Shown one piece after another: positions 54,969-64,000 of a stretch of 64,000 bases of DNA. This stretch comes from Octopus vulgaris. Its lineage: Eukaryota. Within the stretch, counting starts at the first letter, position 1. The number at the start of each line of letters is the position of its first letter. The stretch is from contig OX597825.1 in assembly GCA_951406725.2 (NCBI GenBank), forward strand, positions 15,686,001 through 15,750,000, in the 5' to 3' direction. The notes under the pieces were generated by a model, which made no database searches, was not told where the DNA came from, and worked only from the letters and a program-made list of their open reading frames with translations. The position numbers and the translations under genes are program-made.

Positions 54969-55759
54969 AAGTGCGTAACTGGTACTTATTTAATCGACCC
55001 CGAATGGATGAAAGGCAAAGTCGACCTCGACGGAATTTGAACTCAGAACATAGCAGAGAGACGAAATACCGCTAAGCAATTCGTCCGGCGTACTAAAATT
55101 TCTGCCAGCTCGCCGCCTTTAGCGGAATTTTAACTCAGAACGTAACGGCAGACGAAATACCTATTTATTTACTACCCACAAGGGACTAAACACAGAGGGG
55201 ACAAACAAGGACAGACAAACGGATTACGTCGATTACATTGTCCCCAGTGCGTAACTGGTACTTAATTTATCGACCCCGAAAGGACGAAAGGCAAAGTCGA
55301 CCTCGGCGGAATTTGAACTCAGAACGCAACGACAGACTCAATACCTATTTCTTTATTACCCACAAGGGGCTAAACACAGAGGGGACAAACAAGGACAGAC
55401 ATAGGTATTAAGTCGATTACATCGACCCCAGTGCGTAACTGGTACTTAATTTATCGACCCCGAAAGGATGAAAGGCAAAGTCGACCTCGGCGGAATTTGA
55501 ACTCACAACGTAACGCAGACGAAATACCTATTTCTTTACTACCCACAAGGGGCTAAACACAGAGGGGACAAACAATGACAGACATAGGTATTAAGTCGAT
55601 TACATCGACCCCAGTGCGTAACTGGTACTTAATTTATCGACCCCGAAAGGATGAAAGGCAAAGTCGACCTCGGTGGAATTTGAACTCAGAACGTAGCGGC
55701 AGACGAAATACTGCTAAGCATTTTGCCCAGCGTGCTAACGTTTCTGCCAGCTCGCCGCC
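54969..55759 (-). mobile_element. SINE family A tandem array
   Basis: Head at 55759, then units of 183-184 bp (junctions ~55527, 55344, 55160); a further head-bearing partial copy at 54969-55118. Confidence 0.93.
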
Positions 55760-56269
55760 TTACTCTGCAGAAAATAATGAAAATAAAATGTTACTAATTG
55801 TAGATTTAAAACTTGACGGTACAGGTTTCGAATCTCTGTAGCAGCTGCTATCCATTTCCTGTTGTTTTTTCTTTCTTTCTTTTTTGTCAAAGCGGTTAGT
55901 TTTACCCGATTTTCTAACGCTATTTTCACTGCTATTCCCTTGCGTTCGAGATTTTCTTAATTTCTAAATAGCTTTTTTATTATTAGATTGCATAAAGATG
56001 ATGAGCAGGAAGAATCGTTAGCACGCCGAGCAAAACACTTAGCGGCGATTCGTCCGTCTTTACGTTCTGAGTTCAAATTCCGCCGAGGTCAACTTTGCCT
56101 TTCATCCCTCGGAGATCGATAAAAAAATGAACCAGTTGAATACCAGGGTTGATGTAATCGATGTACCCCCTCCTCCGAAATTTTTAACTTTATGCCAAAG
56201 TTTGTAATTAGTATTAGGTTGTATAATTACGACACTGTTGTTGCAGCACACAAACCAGCAAACATTAAT

Positions 56270-56700
56270 TATATTCAATGTCTATTATGTTTGAAGAATT
56301 TTCGGGTAGCTAAAATTTCAACTGAAAAGAATGCTATCTCTCTTCAAGAATTTTGTAAAAAAATAAATCTAACAATAATTAGCAATTAATAATATTCATG
56401 AATTACAGGAAAAAGTGGTAGCCTGCTGTGTGCGAGCAGTATGACAAAATCTTTTACCTGAATCCAGTGGTCTTCAAAATTCCTATAAACGAACATCATT
56501 GATGAAAATTACTACCATTCAATGAGAACTTGGCTTCGAGGATGTTGATGCGAGAGATATTGGTGTGTTATTAGCTTCCTATTCAAAAGACTTAAGTGAT
56601 GATAATCTTGTTGAAATAGCCGGAAGAAAATGTGAAAAAACACACAATCTGTAAAAAGAAGTAATTGTGAAAGTACCTGAGTTTTAATTTCGTGATTTAG
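56270..56700 (+). pseudogene. Tigger/pogo transposase C-terminal remnant
   Basis: SLQEFCKK.N...INNIHELQEKVVACCVRAV*QNLLPE...ELGFEDVDARDIGVLLASYSKDLSDDNLVEI resembles the Tigger FWK.NI..AW..V....W.KL.P and LG.E.VD..DI.ELL.SH..EL motifs. Confidence 0.72.
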
Positions 56701-57166
56701 TGTTGTCCAAACAACGCTTAAAAGATGCGAAATTTGCAATTTATCACAAATGTATTTGCTTGCTGCTGTTTATATAAACAACTTGCTTCTCAAGCTAAAA
56801 TGAGTGCAAAAAGAAAGAATACAAGTGTTCAACTTAATTTTCTTAAAATTTTCTCGAAAATTGTAATGGCTAATTCAAGATAGCACCCCCACCATCACCA
56901 CCATGCTTTTACATTATATATCGACGTCATATTCTAATTATCCAAGTAATTCGTTGCTCACTTTAATAAAAGGAGTGTCATAATACGTGATTTATGTTGT
57001 AAAAAGACAATAAAACCGAATACATACACATATAGATAGACAGACAGACAAACAGACAGTCAGTCATACAGACAGTCAGTCAGACAGACAGTTAGACAGA
57101 CATTCAGTCAGACAGACAGATCGGTTAATAGATGTGCATATATACAAAGATTTAAGGCGTCGGATG

Positions 57167-57213
57167 TGATGCTGAAGAGAGAGCAATAACACCTGAAATA
57201 TGCATGTACATCA
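57167..57213 (+). ncRNA. Type I hammerhead with weak stem II
   Basis: TGATG-CTGAAGA-gagagcaataacacct-GAAA-tATGCAT-GTA-CATCA; 5-bp stem I and palindromic stem III. Confidence 0.72.
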
Positions 57214-57362
57214 ATTATCTATTTTTCTATCTTCGATCTTAGATATGTTATCGTCTACGAAACATCGTAACTTTCAGGTCCGAACCCTATAGAAAATCAG
57301 TAGAGATAATTTTTATATATGTGTGTGTGTGTGTGTGTGTGTACAGATATATGTATATAAAA

Positions 57363-57406
<44 letters not shown>

Positions 57407-57534
57407 AGCAATATATATATATACATATATATACACATACATATAGATATATAGATATATAGATATGCATATATATATATATATATATATGAGTGTGTGT
57501 GTGTGTGTGTGTGTGTGTATGTACATATATATAT

Positions 57535-57731
57535 AGTTATTCCAAACATGAAAGCACAAAAAAACACAACAACGCGAGGACGTGGAACAAATATAGTATT
57601 ATTGGACGCTCAGGAAAAAAGAAGGGTTTAACGTTTCGAGCGGAGCTCTTCGTCGGAAACATAGGAGAAGGAGAGATCCAGAGAAGGGAAGAGGGAGGGA
57701 AAAAATTGCCAACGGTACACACGCGGTCACA
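57535..57731 (-). mobile_element. ~200-bp element with a 35-nt minimal HHR (57626-57660), in (TA)n
   Basis: GTTT-CCGACGA-A-GAGC-tcc-GCTC-GAAAC-GTT-AAAC; layout shared with the 19101, 22932 and ~31530 copies. Confidence 0.72.
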
Positions 57732-57774
57732 ATATATATATAAATATATATATATATGTATATATACATGTAAA

Positions 57775-57813
<39 letters not shown>

Positions 57814-58158
57814 ATATATATACATATATATACATATATATATATATATACATACATGCATACATACATATGAAGATAAAAAAGCATATGAAGGACAATT
57901 GCAGTGGAATTATATTTTACTAATATAATATAAAGGCGAACTAGTTAATGCACTAATATTGTCTAATATTTCCAACATACGTAATAATTAATTAAAAATC
58001 TTTTCTAAGGAAATATTAAAATTTTTTTCAGTGATAGTGCATTCATTTCAGGGCTGTTTCCAGTTTACTATTTAATAACTGATATTTAAGCGTGAAAATA
58101 TGGAAGTATGGAAATTGTAGGCGAGGTAGAGCCTTATGTAATTGGAAGATAAGAAATG

Positions 58159-58222
58159 CAATTTATGTTCGGAAGAAATATTCCATATATAACCTTAAGA
58201 CAGGCCTCCTTCGTCAGGGTTG
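58159..58222 (-). ncRNA. Degenerate hammerhead-like motif
   Basis: caacc-CTGACGA-A-GGAGG...CTTCC-GAAC-ata-aattg; one core A missing. Confidence 0.4.
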
Positions 58223-58528
58223 AAAATCATGAATAAAAGTTTTCTCAATTCCAGCCTATCACCTCTCTCTCACACAATCCTACTATCTTACAATCTATCG
58301 CTCTCTGTTCTGCTATACAAGCTAATTGGCACGTAATTTGCATACAGGTGTGCAGATATTTCCACATGGTATTCTTATCCGATAATGCCGAGGAAATGAA
58401 TCGCTTGTAATAGAGCCAACCGGCTTATGTAATAAGAGCCAACCGGCTTATGTAATAAGGACAATCAACTTACGGAAACACTTGCATGTACTATAAAGAC
58501 TAAAACAGAAATTACGTTTTCTGATTTA

Positions 58529-58820
<292 letters not shown>

Positions 58821-59507
58821 GTGCATTATTATTTCCGGTTATGTACCTACCTGAATCGGAAAGAGAAAGACTGGAAGAAAATAATATAAAACAGAATATT
58901 TTGTTCACCTAAGTTTATCTATTATTGAAATCCGTTCATCTTAGTGTTATTGGGTGCAACATCGATGAGAGAAAAACATTCATTATCATTCTCAAATTTT
59001 TGTATTGCTTAAAGACATAATTCCTATTAACTATTTACTACTTCGGAATTGTGTATGTCCAAATATCAACATTTACAAGAATTCTTATTCTCCTCCTCTT
59101 TTCACCAAGTACACGCCTTCCAAAATACAAGATTTAATTTTGGACGGTCGGGAATTTCAAGAGAATACTGAAATTTTTCTCTATTTTTTCCTTTTGTTTT
59201 TTTTTTTTAGTTGTTACAGTCTTTGCACTTTGGCTATGCTGGAGCACCGCTTTGAAGAGTTTGGTCGGAAGTAGTCGATCCTAGTACTTATTTTTTGAGT
59301 CTGGTACTTTTCCTATAAACAATAGGCGCAGGAGTGGCTTTCTTACCAGCCACATGGTTCCGGGTTCAGTCCCACTGCGTGGCACCTTGGGCATGTGTTT
59401 TCTACTATAGCCTAGGGCCGACCAAAGCCTTGTGAGTGGATTTGGTAGCCGGAAACTAAAAGAAGCCCGTCGTATGTATATATATGTATATACACATATG
59501 TATATAC

Positions 59508-59555
<48 letters not shown>

Positions 59556-59889
59556 CTTCTTACATTAGTACATGTTTTGATATTTTTATAGCTCAACCAC
59601 CGATGGAAGATCACCGCTTCCGATATCTTTCAAAGGTTGTTCGAGACTACAGAAAGGTACTGAGGATGGAAATTTAGCTTCAGAGAAAAGACCTAAATCG
59701 AAATCTTGCGACTAAAAGCACAGAAAGGAACACTAAAAAGAACTCTTCTAAAACCGCTAAAAGCCCTCGAGGACCAAGTTGCTATTTAAACTGAGAACTT
59801 TTAAGTGTAGTACTTTGCTGGAATTTGAACTGAAAAGTAAAGGGACAAAATAGCAAATGCCGAAGGTCATTTTGTCCTGAAACTCTTCT

Positions 59890-60301
59890 TATTTCTTTAT
59901 TGCCCACAAGGGGTTAAACATAGAGGGGTCAAACAAGGACAAAGGGATTAAGTCGATTACATCGACCCCAGTGAATAACTGGTACTTTATTTAACGACCC
60001 CGAAAGGTTGAAAGGCAAAGTCGACCTCGGCGAAATTTGCACTCAGAACGTAGCGGCAGACGAAATACCTATTCCTTTACTACCCACAAGGGGCTAAACA
60101 CAGAGAGGACAAACAAGGACAGATAAACGGATGAAGTCGATTATATCGACCCCAGTGCGTAACCGGTACTTATTTAATCGACCCCGAAAAGATGAAAGGC
60201 AAAGTCGACCTCGGCGGAATTTGAACTTAGAACGTAACGGCAGACGAAATACTGCTAAGCATTTCGCCCGGCGTGCTAACGTTTCTGCCAGCTAGCTCGC
60301 C
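59890..60301 (-). mobile_element. SINE family A dimer
   Basis: Junction at ~60068. Confidence 0.92.
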
Positions 60302-61481
60302 TTGTTCTGAAACTCTTCTGATTCAGCCAGTCACTGTCCATGAGAGACCATAAGAGCCACTTGATCCGCTAGAAAGGGTAGGCAGATCTTCATTCAATTA
60401 CAGCCTATTGTTTAAATAAAGAGGACACATAGGTAATTGCGTTCTCGGAGCACCAACTCTGGTAAAAAGACGTGATGATCACGCATGGAATAATATCTTC
60501 GATTATGGTCGATCTGGGACAGAACAGCGAGAAACACTGTCCATATGGAGACGAAGCAAGGAAAAGAGAACAATGAAAAATTACTTTTAAACCTCTGGAA
60601 ACTGAATATTTTCTCAGCATATTCCGTAAATATATTTGAAGAGGAAAAGACGTGGCTTAGGTAATGTTCACCTAGATTGATGAGAACTCACCTATCATAT
60701 TTGGCCTCGGATGTTTTTATGTCAGAATGATAAATGTATCCATAAAATAAATGACATTTTACGCTGTCTATACATAATTCTTCAACTGTATATTCACTAA
60801 ACTGACATGCATACAGACATACACACTGAAATGCACATTTACACAGACATACACATAAACGTATAGACAGTGGGCCGGGAATGTTACCGCCATTCCCTGA
60901 TGTACCGGCATTAACTGTGATGCTATATCGGGGATAAAACTATAACCTTAACATTTTCACATGTCACCAAGAGCATCTGGGTGACCTGAAGCATTGTCCA
61001 AAATCTAAAAAAAAAAGCATTAATCTAGATTTATAGACTTACTATATTCTTCGCTCTCGAAACAGAAGCTATTCTTGAACTAATCTTTAAATAAAGATTT
61101 TGTAACACAAGTTTTTGTATTAGATTTCCGATAATCTAGTAAGCAATACTGGCTGCACCTTTTAATAGTTTGTTGGTTTTCTGAAAGATATAACACAGGC
61201 ATTTGTTGCAAATCATTATCAGTATATCTATCCAATAAAATTCTTCGACAATTGATCGTTAACCACTTTGACCCTGGTTACGCTTTTCCTTTCTTCGCTA
61301 AATAAGGACATCAATTTCCAAAACAATGTCGTTTCGTTCGTGGTTATATTCTGGCCATTAACAAAATCTCCACTGTGAATATATTATTTTACTTCAGCCT
61401 GACATCCACACTTTCTTCTATAAATCTAACCTAGTGGATTCTAGACCGTTTTCCTGTCAAACAATATATTGTGTTGTGACC

Positions 61482-61680
61482 CCCTTCGGTCATGAATGAC
61501 CGTGGGATTGCAACCTAGAAAGTTACACGCCGAGGCACAATTTGGGCAAGGTTGTTTATGGAAGACCAGCAGTCGCCCATGCATACCAGCCTCCCTTCTC
61601 CACGCCACCGATGTTATCCAAGGGAAAGGCAAGGGCCGATCCGATACAATTTAGCATCTGTGACGTCGCAGCTCATTTAT
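61482..61680 (-). mobile_element. Probable SINE 3' segment with an RTE-like tail
   Basis: GC-richer segment gcataccagcctccc...gatgttatccaagggaaaggcaa; recognised from recall as a cephalopod SINE tail, with no full second copy in the window. Confidence 0.5.
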
Positions 61681-62136
61681 TATTACATTTGAAGGTTATG
61701 TGTTTATTTCCAGATTGTTTTAAACAGAATCTATCCAAATGAATTACAAATAGTTGCCACATTGTAGTTATGCGATGTGAGCTCGATTTTTGTAAGGGGT
61801 TTATGGTAGAAGTACTGCAGTTTTGCGTGATTTTAAAACCTTACGTCAGCGTTGTTTCTTAGTATAACATCGCCTGATAGTACACTTTCCACATTGTACA
61901 AAGGATGAAGCGCTCGCGGTGGCGTTGGAGAAACTCCAGTCTATTGTTTTCAATCAAGGTTAGTCATACTTTTTATTTGCTTTCATTTTCATTTTTCTTC
62001 TGTAATTGTTCTCTGAAATATCTCAAACAAGTCTCATTATTTTGCTTCGTATGGAGGGAAGTTTCAAAGCAGTTGGCCATAGTTATCCTCTTTTTCTTTG
62101 ATTTTCAAAGAGATATTTTCACAGATGATCTCTATG

Positions 62137-62915
62137 ACGAGCTGGTAGACACGTTAGCACGCCGGGCGAAATGCTTAGCGCTATTTCGTCTGCCGCTACG
62201 TTCTGAGTTCAAATTCCGCCGAGGTCGACTTTGCCTTTCATCCTTTCGGGGTCGATTAAATAAGTACCAGTTACGCACTGGAGTCGATATAATCGACTTC
62301 ATCCGTTTGTCAGTCCTTGTTTGTCCTCTCTGTGTTTAGCCCCTTGTGGGTAGTAAAGAAATAGGTACACACTTTTCTTATGAGCGGCGGGCTAGCAGAA
62401 TCGTTAGCACGCCCGGCGAAATGGTTAGCGATATTTCATCAGCAGTTAAGCTCTGAGTTCAAATTGCGCTGAGGTCGATTTGACTTTCATCCTTTAAAGC
62501 AGCGAGCTGTCAGAAACGTTAGCACGCCGGGCGAAATGCGTAGCCGTATTTCGTCTGCCGCTACGTTCTGAGCTCAAATTTCGCCGAGGTCGACTTTGCC
62601 TTTCGTCCTTTCGGGGTCGATTAAATAAGTACCAGTTACGCACTGGGGTCGATATAATCGACTTCATCCGTTTGTCTGTCCTTGTTTGTCCTCTCTGTGT
62701 TTAGCCCCTTGTGGGTAGTAAAGAAATAGGTATTTCGTCTGCCGCTACGTTCTGAGTTCAAATTCCGCCGAGGTCGACTTTGCCTTTCATTCTTTCGGGG
62801 TCGATTAAATAAGTACCAGTTACGCACTGGGGTCGATGTAATCGACTTAATCCGTGTTTCTGTCCTTGTTTGTCTCCTCTGTGTTTAGCCCCTTGTGTGT
62901 AGTAAAGAAATAGGT
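62137..62915 (+). mobile_element. SINE family A cluster (monomer, partial copy, dimer)
   Basis: 62137-62366, 62384-62495 and 62499-62915, the last with a 184-bp unit. Confidence 0.92.
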
Positions 62916-63709
62916 CCATACTTTTCTTATCTGTCCCAAACAAAAGATATATGACTTAATAAGTTTGCACTTTTACAAAGTTTTTATTAGAATGTGTGTC
63001 TGTGTGTCTGTGTGTCTGTGTGTGTGTGTGTGTGCAAGTGTATCTATATATGTTTGTATGTATTTATGTATGTATGTATTCATGTGCACGTGTGTATGTA
63101 TGTGTGTGCGTAAATTTGTATTCCAGGTTATCACCCTCTCCGTGTTGGAAGCAGAAAAACTACAAGGAAATGGGAATTTACATTTCGCAATATGTGTAGT
63201 TTTCACAGGTTAATCTATTATTGAAGAACATTTATCTTGATAATATGAAACACAATGAAGATGAGAGCAAAACATCCCTTATTATTGCTGGAGGATATAT
63301 TTCTTATTAACTATTTATTACTTTGCAATATTTATGTATCCAAATATCATCACTCGAAATAATTGTTTTTCACCTCTTCATTTCGCTAGATAGAGATTGA
63401 ATTTTAGAAGATCAGGAATTTTATTAGAATACTGAAATTCTGGCAGTAAACGTTTCAATAGTAAATTGCTTTAAAGATGACAAAATTACCAACAATGATA
63501 AATATGATGCAGACCAACAGAGTTAATGCAGATATACCTGATAAACCATTCCTTTCGTTGTTATCATCATTAACACCTGGACATGTCTGTCTCGAATCTG
63601 GGGAATCATAAAACTGATTACCCAGTTTCCATGGTATGAGGAAACAAAATCACATTTCTCGCCTGTTCGTCGCAAGTTTACTCGTTACCAGCTGAGTTGA
63701 CTGGAACTA

Positions 63710-64000
63710 CATGAAATGAACTGTTGTGTTCACGAAATAAAGTTATGTTCATAAAATGAAATATTATGTTCACGAAATGAAGTTATGTTCATGAAATGAA
63801 GTGTTATGTTCATGAAATGAAATTATATTCATGAAATGAAGTGCTATGTTCATAAATTGAAGTTATGTTCATGAAATGAAGTATTATGTTCACAAATTGA
63901 AGTTATGTTCATGAAATGAGCTACATGACCTGAAGTGTTATGTTCATGAAATAAAATTATGTTCATGAAATGAAGTTATGTTCATGAAATGAAGTGTTAT
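63710..64000 (+). repeat. 20-22-bp minisatellite atgaaatgaagt(gt)tatgttc
   Basis: Tandem units running to the window end. Confidence 0.95.

Noticed and set aside
52006-55759. Regularly spaced repeats (44-bp and 184-bp) as possible CRISPR arrays
   Set aside because: Whole units repeat with no unique spacers; eukaryotic context and no cas genes

Overview
AT-rich, microsatellite-dense, gene-poor animal DNA with one 100-N scaffold gap. The SINE families suggest a coleoid cephalopod, probably Octopus; that is recall and inference, not a search result. No intact protein-coding gene is supported. Nearly all supplied ORFs are translations of (TA)n, (CA)n or (ATGT)n tracts or of SINEs. The window contains three tRNA-derived SINE families (one forming ~184-bp tandem multimers with a fixed junction), RTE LINE 3' ends, a non-autonomous Helitron, decayed Tc1/mariner and Tigger/pogo transposases, and a decayed GIY-YIG endonuclease of Penelope-like element (PLE) type. 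The main hidden signal is more than a dozen type I hammerhead ribozyme (HHR) motifs, about half with intact or near-intact cores. They lie in short non-coding islands of 150-500 bp, mostly inserted into (TA)n tracts. These islands show PLE/retrozyme architecture: palindromic stem III, inverted partial copies, tandem monomers of 484 and 426 bp, and in several cases a downstream AATAAA. Non-canonical cores recur (U3-A8, U4C, A6U with an extra A after A9). A ~1.5-kb spacer-less palindrome carries an HHR-like motif at each end. All structures were read by eye; none was folded computationally or tested.
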